Positions 23,137-34,474 of a stretch of 64,000 bases of DNA are shown here, one piece after another. The stretch lies in the IMG/VR virus record IMGVR_UViG_3300044616_001452. One strand, 5' to 3'. The translations under genes were made by a program, and so were the position numbers. Below the pieces are notes generated by a model, which ran no database searches, was not told the DNA's origin, and was given only the letters and a program-made list of their open reading frames with translations. The stretch's first letter is position 1. Every line of letters begins with the position of its first letter. Origin of the DNA: a virus.

Positions 23137-25670
23137 TGACAAACTTTTACACAAATGTGCAAGCCGTTGGTAGCAACATACTTTTCAGAGGTGTTGTAAA
23201 CGGCAAAAAAATCAAAAATAAGATCGCCTATCAACCAAGACTTTTCGAACTTGCAAAAAAGGTTACACCATATACCACTTTAAATGGTGAATATCTTCAA
23301 GAAATAAAATTCGATTCGATGAGAGAAGCCCGAGATTACCTTCGTCAATTTGAAGGTGTCTCTGGCAAAAAAATCTATGGCAATTCAAGATTCGAATATG
23401 CATTCATTGCTGACCAATATAAAGGTATGATCGAATGGGATTTAGATAAAATTTCAATCGCTATTCTAGATATTGAGGTCGGATCAGAGAATGGATTTCC
23501 AGATCCATATCAAGCAAATGAACCAGTTACAGCAATTTCTGTCAAGTATGTAAATGGTGATATTTACGTTTTTGGTTGTGGTGACTATAAAGTAAAGGGT
23601 GAAGAACGTTACACTAAATGTGTAGATGAATATAATCTTCTAAAGTTCTTTTTGAAATTGTGGGAACAGAAATGCCCAGATATTCTAACAGGCTGGAATA
23701 CTAAGTTTTTTGATATTCCATATCTTGTTAATCGCATGAGGAAAATTCTAGGTCCTGATGAAGCAAAAAAGCTTTCACCTTGGAATATGATTTCTGAACG
23801 GGAAGCATATGTCATGAATCGAAAAATGACTGTGTATGAATTGGTTGGTATTGGTGATTTTGATTATCTTGAACTATACAAGTGGTATTCACCCAGCGGC
23901 AAATCACAGGAATCATACCGTCTAGATAATATTGCAAACGTAGAAATTGGTGAAAAGAAGATTGATTATTCAGAATACGAATCATTACATCAACTTTATA
24001 GACTCGATTTTCAAAAGTTCATTGAATATAACATTAAAGACGTAGAACTTATTTTGAAACTTGATGACAAGTTGAAGTTGCTTGAACTCGGTATTACTCT
24101 TGCATATGACACAAAGTGTAACTATGATGATGTGTTTGCACAAACAAGAATGTGGGACGCACTGACGTATAATCATCTGCTTGAAAATAAAATTATAGTT
24201 CCGCCAAGAGTAATTAAAGAAAAAGATGCCGCATTTGAAGGTGCTTATGTAAAAGAGCCTCAAGTCGGAATGCATGAATGGGTTGCATCATTTGACCTTA
24301 ATAGTCTTTACCCACACCTCATGATGCAGTATAATATTTCACCAGAGACTCTTATCGAGCCAGAGAAATACACTCAAGAAATGAGAGATGTACTATCTCA
24401 AGGTGTTTCTGTCGATAAACTTTTGCATAAAAAAATCGATACATCAAGTTTGGAAAATGTGACTTTGACTCCCAATGGGCAATTTTTTAGAACTGATTTT
24501 CAGGGCTTTCTACCAAAAATGATGGAAGAAATGTACGAAGACAGGAAAAAATTTAAGAAGTTAATGTTAACCGCCAAACAGGAGAAAGAAAAAGAAACAA
24601 ATGAAAGCAAAAAATATGAGATTGAAAAGCGTATTGCTCGTTACAACAATCTACAACTTGCAAAAAAAGTTTCTCTAAACTCCGCTTACGGTGCTTTGGG
24701 AAGTCAGTATTTTCGTTTCTATGATTTGCGCATGGCTCTTGGTGTTACAACTGCTGGGCAATTAAGTATTCGTTGGATCGAAAAGAAGATGAATGAATAT
24801 ATGAACAATCTGTTGAAGACGGATAAAGATTTCATAATTGCTTCCGATACTGATTCGATTTATTTGAGATTGTCAGAACTTGTGTATAAAGTTTATGGTG
24901 CTGAAAACAAGATTGAATTGCCTAAAAGCAAAGTCATAGAGTTTATGGATCGTGTATGTGAACAAAAGATTCAACCATTTATTGATAAATCATATGAAGA
25001 ATTGGCACATTACGTTCATGCATATGCACAAAAAATGCAAATGAAGCGCGAAGCTTTGGCTGACAAAGGTATCTGGACGGCAAAGAAACGTTACATTATG
25101 CATGTATACAATAATGAAGGTGTACAGTATTCTGAGCCTGACATGAAAGTGATGGGTCTAGAAATGATTAAATCTTCCACGCCGGCGCCTGTGCGTGGTA
25201 AAATGAAAGAAGCTTTGCAGATAATGATGAAAGGTAAAGAAAGTGATATTCATCTTTTCATCGAGAACTTTAGGAAATATTTTAAAACATTGCCACCAGA
25301 AGATATTTCATTCCCCAGAGGTATAAATGGTTTGAAGGAGTACCATAACAAAACCACAATTTATTCAAAAGGTACGCCAATTCATGTTAAGGGTGCATTG
25401 CTATATAATAAGTATCTTGAAGAAAAATCATTGACAAAAAAATATCCTTTTATTCAAGAAGGTGAAAAGATAAAGTTTGCATATTTAAAACAGCCAAATC
25501 CAATTAAAGATACCGTAATTTCTTTTCCAAATATTTTACCACCCGAATTCAATCTTCAAAGCTTTATTGATTATGATATGCAATTCGAAAAAACTTTTTT
25601 AGATCCAATTAAAGTTGTTTTGGAATGTATGGGTTGGTCTACACATAAAACCGTTTCATTATTTGACTAA
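23136..25670 (+). CDS. gp43: DNA polymerase, family B
   Basis: Exonuclease DIEV and FDIPY; SFDLNSLYPH, K..LNSAYG, DTDS. Confidence 0.98.
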   Translation: MTNFYTNVQAVGSNILFRGVVNGKKIKNKIAYQPRLFELAKKVTPYTTLNGEYLQEIKFDSMREARDYLRQFEGVSGKKIYGNSRFEYAFIADQYKGMIEWDLDKISIAILDIEVGSENGFPDPYQANEPVTAISVKYVNGDIYVFGCGDYKVKGEERYTKCVDEYNLLKFFLKLWEQKCPDILTGWNTKFFDIPYLVNRMRKILGPDEAKKLSPWNMISEREAYVMNRKMTVYELVGIGDFDYLELYKWYSPSGKSQESYRLDNIANVEIGEKKIDYSEYESLHQLYRLDFQKFIEYNIKDVELILKLDDKLKLLELGITLAYDTKCNYDDVFAQTRMWDALTYNHLLENKIIVPPRVIKEKDAAFEGAYVKEPQVGMHEWVASFDLNSLYPHLMMQYNISPETLIEPEKYTQEMRDVLSQGVSVDKLLHKKIDTSSLENVTLTPNGQFFRTDFQGFLPKMMEEMYEDRKKFKKLMLTAKQEKEKETNESKKYEIEKRIARYNNLQLAKKVSLNSAYGALGSQYFRFYDLRMALGVTTAGQLSIRWIEKKMNEYMNNLLKTDKDFIIASDTDSIYLRLSELVYKVYGAENKIELPKSKVIEFMDRVCEQKIQPFIDKSYEELAHYVHAYAQKMQMKREALADKGIWTAKKRYIMHVYNNEGVQYSEPDMKVMGLEMIKSSTPAPVRGKMKEALQIMMKGKESDIHLFIENFRKYFKTLPPEDISFPRGINGLKEYHNKTTIYSKGTPIHVKGALLYNKYLEEKSLTKKYPFIQEGEKIKFAYLKQPNPIKDTVISFPNILPPEFNLQSFIDYDMQFEKTFLDPIKVVLECMGWSTHKTVSLFD

Positions 25671-25679
25671 GGGCACAAA

Positions 25680-26729
25680 ATGAGTATTCTTGAAAAAATT
25701 AAGAAAAATTCTAGCATTAAAGAATCTGCTATTCTTTCTAAGTCAAAATTTTTTACACAGAAAGATATGATTCCTACTTCTATTCCTATCATCAATGTGG
25801 CTTTGAGTGGGCGTCTCGATGGTGGGCTAACACCAGGGCTAACGATGTGGGCAGGTCCATCAAAACATTTCAAGACGGCTTTTAGTTTACTGATGGCAAA
25901 ATCTTATTTGGAAAAATATGAAGATTCCGCACTATTGTATTATGATTCAGAATTCGGTACACCTCAATCGTATTTCGACACTTTTGGTATTAACACTGAT
26001 AGAGTTCTACATACTCCCATAACAGATATTGAACAACTAAAATTCGATATTATGAACCAACTTCAAAATTTAGAACGAGGTGAACATCTAATTATTATCG
26101 TCGATTCAATTGGCAATCTTGCTTCAAAAAAAGAAGTTGAAGATGCCCTCGAACAAAAATCCGTTGCAGATATGAGTAGGGCAAAACAAATTAAATCTCT
26201 TTTTCGTATGGTAACACCCCACCTTACGATGAAGGATATTCCAATGGTAGTTGTAAACCACACTTACAAAGAAATTGGAATGTTCCCTAAAGATATTGTT
26301 GGTGGCGGAACAGGCTCTTATTATTCTGCTGACAATATTTTCATTATTGGCCGACAACAAGAGAAAGAAGGAACAGAAATTGTCGGGTACAATTTTATCA
26401 TCAACGTCGAGAAATCAAGATATGTCAAAGAAAAATCTAAAATACCTGTTACTGTATCTTTTGATGGTGGCATTAGTAAGTGGTCTGGCCTTTTGGATAT
26501 CGCATTGGAATCCGGGCATGTTATCAAGCCATCAAATGGTTGGTATTCAAAAGTAAACATGGAAACTGGAGAAATGGAAGACCAGAAATTCCGGGAAAAA
26601 GATACAAACACAAGGGATTTTTGGATGCCGATCTTGAAGCAAGAATCATTTCAAAATTTTATTAAAAACAAATATCAAGTTGCAGCCGGTGAAATAATCC
26701 AATCTGAAGAGGAAGAAAATGCAATTTAA
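25680..26729 (+). CDS. uvsX: RecA-like recombinase UvsX
   Basis: GPSKHFKT, YDSEFG, DSIGNLASKKE, GGTG..YSAD. Confidence 0.97.
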   Translation: MSILEKIKKNSSIKESAILSKSKFFTQKDMIPTSIPIINVALSGRLDGGLTPGLTMWAGPSKHFKTAFSLLMAKSYLEKYEDSALLYYDSEFGTPQSYFDTFGINTDRVLHTPITDIEQLKFDIMNQLQNLERGEHLIIIVDSIGNLASKKEVEDALEQKSVADMSRAKQIKSLFRMVTPHLTMKDIPMVVVNHTYKEIGMFPKDIVGGGTGSYYSADNIFIIGRQQEKEGTEIVGYNFIINVEKSRYVKEKSKIPVTVSFDGGISKWSGLLDIALESGHVIKPSNGWYSKVNMETGEMEDQKFREKDTNTRDFWMPILKQESFQNFIKNKYQVAAGEIIQSEEEENAI

Positions 26730-27042
26730 AGAAGGTGTTGATTACAACTATGTAATTCCAGAAAACGAAAGTACAACAGTTGGTATAAAATTATTAACAG
26801 GTCCTTTTAGAGATGTTGTGTATCAATATGGTAAAGTAAAGTTTGAAGAGGGCGCTAATGATGACATTTATCTAGGATTCATTTATAATGTCATAGAGTC
26901 ACCTTACGAAAAAGATTATTTGAACGAAAAATTCAAAAATTATATTGGTGACATTCTTGTGGAAATTATGTCGCAAAACATTGAAAAAGGACTTCTAGAT
27001 GAGGCTGGAACAGACTATATTGAGGACTCTGATACAAAGTGA
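26719..27042 (+). CDS. Hypothetical protein at the gp40-syntenic position
   Basis: Lies between uvsX and gp41; YQYGKV.F motif. Confidence 0.65.
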   Translation: MQFKEGVDYNYVIPENESTTVGIKLLTGPFRDVVYQYGKVKFEEGANDDIYLGFIYNVIESPYEKDYLNEKFKNYIGDILVEIMSQNIEKGLLDEAGTDYIEDSDTK

Positions 27043-28378
27043 AGATTTCCTTAGAAAAGTTCTTCCGTTTATTAAAGATGAATATTTTTCCGATAGAGTT
27101 GAAAAGTATATCTTTAAAGAAATAAATGTATATGCTAACCAATACAACACCACTCCGTCTGTAGAAGCTTTGATTCTTGCTTCAAAGGAAAGTAAGAATA
27201 TTACTGATGAAGAATTTAAGAGTTGTGAAGAATACCTTAAAGAAATCGATAAGCATAATCGTGAGCTGGAAACACCGAATCAGGAATGGCTAATCGACAA
27301 AACGGAAAAATTTTGTCAGGAAAAGGCCATTTACAATGCAGTTCGTAATTCAATCACAATCTTAGAAGGAAAAGATAAAACGAACGACAAAGGTTCAATA
27401 CCAAAACTATTGTCAGATGCTCTTGCTGTAAGCTTTGACAATTCAATTGGGCATGATTATTTGGAGAACTCCGATGAACGATATGAATTCTATCACCGAA
27501 AAGAGGAACGAATCCCGTTCGACCTTGAATTTTTCAACAAGATCACCAAAGGAGGTCTCCCTGCCAAGACACTTAACATTGCTCTTGCTGGGACCGGTGT
27601 TGGTAAGTCTCTTTTCATGTGTCATGTTGCCGCTGGTTGTATGTCGCAAGGAAAAAATGTTCTATACATCACCCTTGAAATGGCAGAGGAAAAAATAGCC
27701 GAACGTATTGATGCGAATCTATTAAATGTATCAATAGACAATTTAATGGAGTTGCCGAAAGATATATATGATAAGAAAGTGAAACGTGTCAAAGAAATGA
27801 CAACGGGCAAATTGATTATCAAAGAATATCCAACGGCATCAGCTTCAGCAATCCACTTTAGAACACTTCTGAATGAACTCAACCTTAAAAGGAATTTTGT
27901 TCCTGATATCATTTTTATTGATTATCTTAACATCTGCTGTTCTTCACGAATTAAAGCGGGAGCGAATGTTAACTCTTATACTTACGTCAAATCTATTGCA
28001 GAAGAGTTACGAGGATTGGCTGTTGAGTTTGGGGTGCCAATTGTTTCAGCTACCCAAACAACACGAAGCGGATACACAAACTCAGATCCAGGGCTTGAAG
28101 ACACCAGTGAAAGTTTTGGTTTGCCGGCTACAGCAGACCTGATGTTTGCTTTGATTTCATCAGAAGAACTTGAGGCACTCAATCAAATCATGGTCAAACA
28201 GTTGAAGAATCGATATTCTGATCCGACAACACACAAAAGGTTTGTTCTTGGTATTGATAGGTCGAAGATGAAGTTATATGATGTCGAACAAGATGCTCAA
28301 ATAGGTATTGCGGATGCTGGGCAACAATATGTGCCGCAGGAAAAACCCAAAAATAAATTTGGTGGATTTAAAGTATAA
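26999..28378 (+). CDS. gp41: Replicative DNA helicase
   Basis: AGTGVGKS, LEMAEE, IKEYPT, DYLNIC, TSESFGLP, KQLKNRY. Confidence 0.97.
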   Translation: MRLEQTILRTLIQSEDFLRKVLPFIKDEYFSDRVEKYIFKEINVYANQYNTTPSVEALILASKESKNITDEEFKSCEEYLKEIDKHNRELETPNQEWLIDKTEKFCQEKAIYNAVRNSITILEGKDKTNDKGSIPKLLSDALAVSFDNSIGHDYLENSDERYEFYHRKEERIPFDLEFFNKITKGGLPAKTLNIALAGTGVGKSLFMCHVAAGCMSQGKNVLYITLEMAEEKIAERIDANLLNVSIDNLMELPKDIYDKKVKRVKEMTTGKLIIKEYPTASASAIHFRTLLNELNLKRNFVPDIIFIDYLNICCSSRIKAGANVNSYTYVKSIAEELRGLAVEFGVPIVSATQTTRSGYTNSDPGLEDTSESFGLPATADLMFALISSEELEALNQIMVKQLKNRYSDPTTHKRFVLGIDRSKMKLYDVEQDAQIGIADAGQQYVPQEKPKNKFGGFKV

Positions 28379-28381
28379 ATA
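28374..28381 (+). promoter_or_regulatory. T4-type late promoter
   Basis: TATAAATA immediately upstream of an RBS and ORF. Confidence 0.6.
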
Positions 28382-28404
28382 TCTCCATCATTAGGAGATA
28401 TAAA

Positions 28405-29232
28405 ATGGCTCAAAAAGGTTTTGAATATGAACAAAATGCATATAATGCATTAGCAAAATATGGCATAACGACCGGTGGTGTTGCTGGTGCATCACATGAT
28501 AAACCCGATTTAACTATGGGTGCTGGAAATATAAAAACTGGTTGTGAACTAAAAAATTCACCCACTGCCGCAGGTTCTTTAGTTATGAAATATTATAATG
28601 GAAAATGGGATTTTGGTGACTATAAAGGTGAAGCAGAAAAGGAAATGTTAGTAAGCATAGCAAAAAAAGTGAATTTGTTGCGTGAAATGAACACTTCAGG
28701 TTCAGCGGGAAAACTATGGAGAGAATCTGTACCGATTTTACAAAATGATAATTCTGGTAAAAAGAGGTTACTCATAGGTGACATTAAAAAACTTGCTGAT
28801 AAGAAAAAAGCATATTCGATTGACATAGAAAATTACGGTGGAAAAAAAGAAGTTCATATTGATGTTGGCTCAAAAGCGATATGTGATTATTACATAACAA
28901 AAAAATGTTCGTATATTAATATCGGTACACATGGTTTCTTTACATTAGGCAGAGACGATTTACGTTTAAATGAAAAAATGAAAAGACTAGGATTGGATCC
29001 AATACCAAACTTTGCAACAAATTCAAAAACAATTATTAGAGTCAGATGCCAACCAAAAAGTATATCGAAAATGGATTATCAATTCGCTTTAACTTTACAG
29101 TTTAGTTCCGTTAAAATGTCTCCATATAATTTAGCTCCACTAAAAAAAGGTTCAAAAGCAGAAATTGATACTGAGGCATTACAACAGGATAGTTTACGTA
29201 AAGTCTTTTTAGCATTCTATTCATTAATGTAA
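28405..29232 (+). CDS. Hypothetical protein, possible PD-(D/E)xK nuclease
   Basis: GFEYE...KPDL...GCELK pattern. Confidence 0.55.
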   Translation: MAQKGFEYEQNAYNALAKYGITTGGVAGASHDKPDLTMGAGNIKTGCELKNSPTAAGSLVMKYYNGKWDFGDYKGEAEKEMLVSIAKKVNLLREMNTSGSAGKLWRESVPILQNDNSGKKRLLIGDIKKLADKKKAYSIDIENYGGKKEVHIDVGSKAICDYYITKKCSYINIGTHGFFTLGRDDLRLNEKMKRLGLDPIPNFATNSKTIIRVRCQPKSISKMDYQFALTLQFSSVKMSPYNLAPLKKGSKAEIDTEALQQDSLRKVFLAFYSLM

Positions 29233-29246
29233 TCTGAAGATATATT

Positions 29247-29984
29247 ATGAAACCTTTGATCACAATCATAACACCGACAACAGGTAATTCACATTTAGCC
29301 GAAGCCGTTCGGTCGGTTGAAAAACAAACATATGAAAAAATACAGTATCTTGTTGTTGTAGACGGACAACAAAGATTAGAAAATACTAACAAAGTATTAA
29401 ACTCTCTCGGTTGCAATAGATACAATACTGTTGTTTTACCTGAAGCTACAGGATATGAACAATACAATGGTCACAGAATTTATGGTGCAATGACATACAT
29501 CGCAGAAGGTGAATATCTTTGTTTTCTAGATGAAGATAATTGGTATGAACCTAATCATGTCGAGTCTCTTGTAGAAGCAGTTCAAGGAAAAACCTGGGCT
29601 TACTCACTCAGAAAAATTGTTGACCAAGAAAATAATTATATCTGTAATGATGATTGTGAATCTCTGGGTAAATGGAAGTCGGTGTTAAATGATAATTTCA
29701 TCGATGTTGGTTGTTTTATGCTACCTAAAAAAATAGCAATTCAATTTTCGCCAGGTTGGTACAGACGAGCCAGACATCCACAAGAACAACCTGAAGTGGA
29801 CAGATTACTTTCTCATATACTGTTCACACAAATACCACACGAACAGGTTGACACCAATGGTCAATATACATTAAACTACAGAGTTGCCAGTAGAGGTGAC
29901 TCTGTTCAAGGATCTTTTTTTGAAAAAGGTAATGAACACATGAAAAACATTATGAATGGAGAATACCCATGGAGAAAGATTTAA
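29247..29984 (+). CDS. GT2 family glycosyltransferase
   Basis: ITIITPT, LVVVDG, CFLDEDNW. Confidence 0.85.
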   Translation: MKPLITIITPTTGNSHLAEAVRSVEKQTYEKIQYLVVVDGQQRLENTNKVLNSLGCNRYNTVVLPEATGYEQYNGHRIYGAMTYIAEGEYLCFLDEDNWYEPNHVESLVEAVQGKTWAYSLRKIVDQENNYICNDDCESLGKWKSVLNDNFIDVGCFMLPKKIAIQFSPGWYRRARHPQEQPEVDRLLSHILFTQIPHEQVDTNGQYTLNYRVASRGDSVQGSFFEKGNEHMKNIMNGEYPWRKI

Positions 29985-30853
29985 TTATAGGAGCATTCAC
30001 AAATTATACAGACTATGATGTATTAAAGCCGTGGGTGCAATCAATTAAAGATACAGGTTTTGAAGGTGACATTGTACTGTCAGCAATCGATGCTACCGAT
30101 ACGATTGTTCAAAAACTAGAGTCTGAGGGAGTAAAAGTTCTAAGGTCTAGTAACTCTCAAAAAATGATGGTACATATGTTGAGATTCCTTTCAATTTATG
30201 ATTATTTAAAAAGCAATAAAAACAAATACCGTTTTGTGGTGACAACAGATGTAAGAGATGTTATTTTTCAAAGCAATCCGATTGATTTCATTAAAACAAA
30301 ATTTTATAATATTGGATTAATTGCTGCATCTGAAGCGATTAAAATAAAAGATGAAAAATGGAATCGTGAAAATATTATTAAAAATTTTGGACCTTATTTT
30401 TACAATGATGTTTCTGAGAGAGAAGTTTTAAATGTGGGGCTAATTGCAGGAAAAGCCGAACTCGTGAAAGACCTTTGTTTCACACTCTTTCAAATGTCTT
30501 CAAATCGCCCAGACTGGGTAGCCGATCAAGCCGCATATAATATGATACTTTCATTTGAACCTTGGAAATCTAAGTGTGCAATATTGAGATTAAGAGATGC
30601 ATGGGCACTTAATGCTCATGTTACAAATAAGCCGGATCAAATGGAAGAATTTGGTCCATATTTATTGGAAAATCGCCCCTACATGGACGAAAATGGTAAA
30701 GTTGTAAACTCAGAAGGAAAACCTTTTGTTATTGTACATCAATATGATAGAATTCCAGAATGGATGGAATATTTCTCTAAAAAATATGGAATAAAAATTA
30801 CAAAAGATACAAATACTGGCACATCACCTAAATACTTCCTATATAAATCGTAA
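29969..30853 (+). CDS. Glycosyltransferase-like protein
   Basis: TDVRDVIFQSNP, LNVG.IAG, DQAAYN, IVHQYDR. Confidence 0.7.
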   Translation: MEKDLIIGAFTNYTDYDVLKPWVQSIKDTGFEGDIVLSAIDATDTIVQKLESEGVKVLRSSNSQKMMVHMLRFLSIYDYLKSNKNKYRFVVTTDVRDVIFQSNPIDFIKTKFYNIGLIAASEAIKIKDEKWNRENIIKNFGPYFYNDVSEREVLNVGLIAGKAELVKDLCFTLFQMSSNRPDWVADQAAYNMILSFEPWKSKCAILRLRDAWALNAHVTNKPDQMEEFGPYLLENRPYMDENGKVVNSEGKPFVIVHQYDRIPEWMEYFSKKYGIKITKDTNTGTSPKYFLYKS

Positions 30854-30856
30854 TTT

Positions 30857-30864
30857 TATAAATA
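30857..30864 (+). promoter_or_regulatory. T4-type late promoter
   Basis: TATAAATA before a GAGG RBS. Confidence 0.6.
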
Positions 30865-30876
30865 TGAGGTTTTGAA

Positions 30877-31707
30877 ATGAGCAAAATCACTTTAGTTACC
30901 GCTTTCTATGATATCGGGCGCGGTGACTGGTCAACAAATGTCCACAAAAATGGTGGACCTCTCCCGCATTATCTTCAACGTTCTGTTGACAAATACATTG
31001 AACACTTCACAAGAATGTGTGAAATCGACACCGAAATAATCGTCTACACTTCACCGGATTTGGTTGAACGTCTTTCAAATATTTCTCCTAACGTAAAAGT
31101 TGTTTCATATGATTACGAGAATGTACAACAGGAACTAAGAGAAAAAATTCACAACATTCAAAGTTCTCCAGAATTTACAAGGAGAATCAATCCTTATCAA
31201 GTTCGAAACCCTGAATATTGGTCAAAAGATTATGTTGGAGTTACTTCACTCAAAGCTTTTTATGTTTATGACGCTTTTGAAAAGGGGCTCATTACTAATG
31301 ATTGGGCATCATGGATCGATTTTGGATATTGTAGAGATGATGAACATATTCCTAAATCAAAAAAATGGGAATACGATTTTACTCCAGGAAAAATGCATTT
31401 CTTTAATTACAGGGAACCTGTATTGTCAAGAGCGATGGAGCAAATTCAAACGGCCGTTCTGAATAACCTTGTTTATATTATTGGTGGAGTTTTTGTAGGA
31501 GAAAAAGAACAATGGTGCATGCTAAAAACACACATGGAAAAATCTTTAAATGTTCTTTTTGAAAACAACTTGGTCGATGATGATCAAGGGCTTTTGCTCA
31601 TGTCCTACTTCAGAAATCCTGAAAAATATGAACTTCATAAAATGCCTCTAGATCAGGATATTGAGCAAGTTCGTTCGATTTTGAGGAGATTTAATAAACA
31701 TGAATAA
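30877..31707 (+). CDS. HtrL/YibB (WlaTC-like) family glycosyltransferase
   Basis: ITLVTAFYDIGRG.W, NPEYW..DY, WIDFGYCR, DDDQ. Confidence 0.8.
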   Translation: MSKITLVTAFYDIGRGDWSTNVHKNGGPLPHYLQRSVDKYIEHFTRMCEIDTEIIVYTSPDLVERLSNISPNVKVVSYDYENVQQELREKIHNIQSSPEFTRRINPYQVRNPEYWSKDYVGVTSLKAFYVYDAFEKGLITNDWASWIDFGYCRDDEHIPKSKKWEYDFTPGKMHFFNYREPVLSRAMEQIQTAVLNNLVYIIGGVFVGEKEQWCMLKTHMEKSLNVLFENNLVDDDQGLLLMSYFRNPEKYELHKMPLDQDIEQVRSILRRFNKHE

Positions 31708-33082
31708 GTTAGTCATATTTGATCTCGATGGTGTGTTAATTGATTCTAGAGAATTACATTATGATGCTTTGAACAAAGCTCTTGAAAAGATTGATCCGAA
31801 ATATGTGATTTCTAGAGATGAACATCTAAGCATTTACGATGGGTTAAACACAACAAAAAAACTTAAAATGTTGACTGAAAGAAAAGGTCTACCCACATCT
31901 TCATACGATAAGGTTTGGGCTGATAAACAAGAAGCAACATTTAATTTAGTTCGTGGTTTTATGCCTAATTATTTTTTATCTGCATTGTTTTCGGATATTA
32001 AAAAAAGAGGATATAAAATTGCCGTTGCATCAAATTCAATTCGTGAAACAGTAAAATTGTCATTACTAAGTATTGGCGTACTAGATTCAGTAGACTATTA
32101 CGTTAGTAACGAAGATGTTTCAAGGACAAAACCATATCCAGAAATGTACTGGAAATGCATGACGGCTTTGAACGCTCTTCCAAAAAACACTATTATAGTA
32201 GAAGATAGCCACATCGGAAGACAAGGCGCCATGGATTCAGGAGCGCATTTATTACCAGTTGAAAATTCACATGAAGTAAATTCTGATAGATTTTTAAAAA
32301 GGTTGACTGATATGATTCAAACGATTGAAGGAAAAAGTAAAAAATCATTACCTTGGAGGGACAGTAGGCTTAATGTTCTGATTCCAATGGCGGGTGCTGG
32401 CTCAAGGTTTGCATCTGTTGGTTATACTTTTCCAAAACCTCTAATTGAAGTTCGTGGAAAGCCAATGATTCAAGTAGTTGTTGAGAACTTAAACATTGAA
32501 GCAAACTATATTTTTATTGTACAAAAAGAACATTATGAAAAATATAATTTAAAATATCTGCTTAATGTCATTGCACCTGACTGCAAGATTGTACAGGTTG
32601 ATGGGCTCACTGAAGGTGCAGCATGTACAACATTACTTGCAAAGGAATTTATTGATAATGATGCACCATTGGTAATGGCTAATTCAGATCAATTTGTTGA
32701 ATGGAACTCAAATGAATGCTTATATGCATTTACTGCCGACTCTATTGACGGTGGAATCGTCACATTCGAAGCAACACATCCTAAATGGTCTTATGCAAAA
32801 TTAGGAGAAGATGGTTTCGTGTCTGAAGTTGCAGAGAAACGCCCTATTAGTAATCTTGCAACAGTTGGCATTTATTATTGGAAACAAGGATCCGATTATG
32901 TTAAATATGCTGAACAAATGATTCAAAAAAATATTCGTGTCAATAATGAATTTTATGTTTGCCCAGTTTTCAATGAAGCAATTCAGGATAACAAAAAAAT
33001 ACGTATAAAAAATATCGAACGTATGTGGGGAATTGGAACACCAGAAGATTTAAATTATTTTTTGGATAACTACAAAGAATAA
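31700..33082 (+). CDS. HAD phosphatase fused to a sugar nucleotidyltransferase
   Basis: N-terminal FDLDGVL..S, KP.PE.Y, EDS..G; C-terminal IPMAGAGSRF, PKPLI, T.GAA.T, GTPEDL. Confidence 0.88.
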   Translation: MNKLVIFDLDGVLIDSRELHYDALNKALEKIDPKYVISRDEHLSIYDGLNTTKKLKMLTERKGLPTSSYDKVWADKQEATFNLVRGFMPNYFLSALFSDIKKRGYKIAVASNSIRETVKLSLLSIGVLDSVDYYVSNEDVSRTKPYPEMYWKCMTALNALPKNTIIVEDSHIGRQGAMDSGAHLLPVENSHEVNSDRFLKRLTDMIQTIEGKSKKSLPWRDSRLNVLIPMAGAGSRFASVGYTFPKPLIEVRGKPMIQVVVENLNIEANYIFIVQKEHYEKYNLKYLLNVIAPDCKIVQVDGLTEGAACTTLLAKEFIDNDAPLVMANSDQFVEWNSNECLYAFTADSIDGGIVTFEATHPKWSYAKLGEDGFVSEVAEKRPISNLATVGIYYWKQGSDYVKYAEQMIQKNIRVNNEFYVCPVFNEAIQDNKKIRIKNIERMWGIGTPEDLNYFLDNYKE

Positions 33083-33101
33083 CCTATAGAGAGAATGTAA
33101 T

Positions 33102-33767
33102 ATGTTAGAATCATTATTTCAAAATCATTATAATGATTGGAGGGAAAAGAGAATAAAAAAAATAGAAAATCTTTTGTCTGTTGATTTTATCAAAAATAAA
33201 TCTATTTTGGAAGTAGCATGTGGGCTAGGTGATATAGGAAATTATTTTAGAACTACACATAATTGTAGTATTACATTCACAGAAGGCAGAAAAGAATATC
33301 TACCTATAATTCGGTCAAAAAATCCAAATAGTGAAATACATCAATTAAATCATGAAGAAAACTGGAACCTAAACAAAAAATTTGATATTGTGATAAATTT
33401 TGGATTACTTTATCACCTTTATAATTGGAAACAAGATTTAATTTGTTCACTGAATCATACTGACATTTTGGTTTTAGAAACGGAAGTAGCAGATTCGGAT
33501 AAGCCCCTCTTCGAATATGAATTTACCGATAGAAATGATTACGACCAATCGATAACAGAAACTAGAAGAGTTAAAAGAGTTTCTGCAAACCACATAGAAC
33601 ATGTTTTAGAAGAAAACAATTTTTCGTTTGTTAGGTATGATGATGAAGATTTAAATTCAACAATGCACATTTATGATTGGAAAGTATCAGGGTCATCTGA
33701 AAAAGAAAATTTGGATCCCAATAATGACATGGGTAGAAGAAGATTCTGGATAGCAAGAAGAAAATGA
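33102..33767 (+). CDS. Class I SAM-dependent methyltransferase
   Basis: ILEVACGLG, FDIVINFGLLYHL. Confidence 0.8.
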   Translation: MLESLFQNHYNDWREKRIKKIENLLSVDFIKNKSILEVACGLGDIGNYFRTTHNCSITFTEGRKEYLPIIRSKNPNSEIHQLNHEENWNLNKKFDIVINFGLLYHLYNWKQDLICSLNHTDILVLETEVADSDKPLFEYEFTDRNDYDQSITETRRVKRVSANHIEHVLEENNFSFVRYDDEDLNSTMHIYDWKVSGSSEKENLDPNNDMGRRRFWIARRK

Positions 33768-34471
33768 AGATAGCGATGGTTACTGGTGGTCAACCGAGAT
33801 TTAGAAATGCATGGATAACAAATATCACATCACTGCCAAGTGATAATGAAATACACCTTTATATGTATCTATGGAAAGATTACGGTAAAGCCAAAAAATT
33901 TGACAATGACGAAAAAGAAATAACTGAAAATAATGTTGAAAGATTAATCGTAAAAAATTTACCTAATAATTGCTTGTTAAAAAAATTTATTCAATGTGAA
34001 ATGCCAAAATATGAAGAAATAGTACCAGAAGATATTGTTTCATTTCCGGGAGCAAATGGTTCTGTTCCTTCTGGTAAAAATTATATAGAGAGACTTTATA
34101 TGCAACATTACTCTCTGCATAAAGCTTTCTGTTTAATTGACGAAGAATATGATTGTGTGATAAGATATAGGTTAGACGGAAACACAGAATATAAAATTGA
34201 TTTAAACAAATTTAATTTAGAAGAAGGCATTTATATACCTGATAGTATGAAATTTTCTGAATATCGTGATTTTTGTCCGGAAATTAATGACCAGTATGCA
34301 ATTGGAAGTATGAAATCTATGAAAGTTTATTTCGATCTTTATAACAAACTCTCTCAATATATAAGAGAAGATTCAAAATGTTTTCATTTCGAAACAATAC
34401 TAAGTTATCACATGGTTAAAAATTCTATAAACGTAAAATCGGCTGAATTCCAATACAGGTTAGAAAGGTGA
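33764..34471 (+). CDS. Putative glycosyltransferase-like protein (GQPR family, paralog 3)
   Basis: IAMVTGGQPRF, YDCVIRYRLD, NDQYAIG. Confidence 0.6.
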   Translation: MKIAMVTGGQPRFRNAWITNITSLPSDNEIHLYMYLWKDYGKAKKFDNDEKEITENNVERLIVKNLPNNCLLKKFIQCEMPKYEEIVPEDIVSFPGANGSVPSGKNYIERLYMQHYSLHKAFCLIDEEYDCVIRYRLDGNTEYKIDLNKFNLEEGIYIPDSMKFSEYRDFCPEINDQYAIGSMKSMKVYFDLYNKLSQYIREDSKCFHFETILSYHMVKNSINVKSAEFQYRLER

Positions 34472-34474
34472 AAA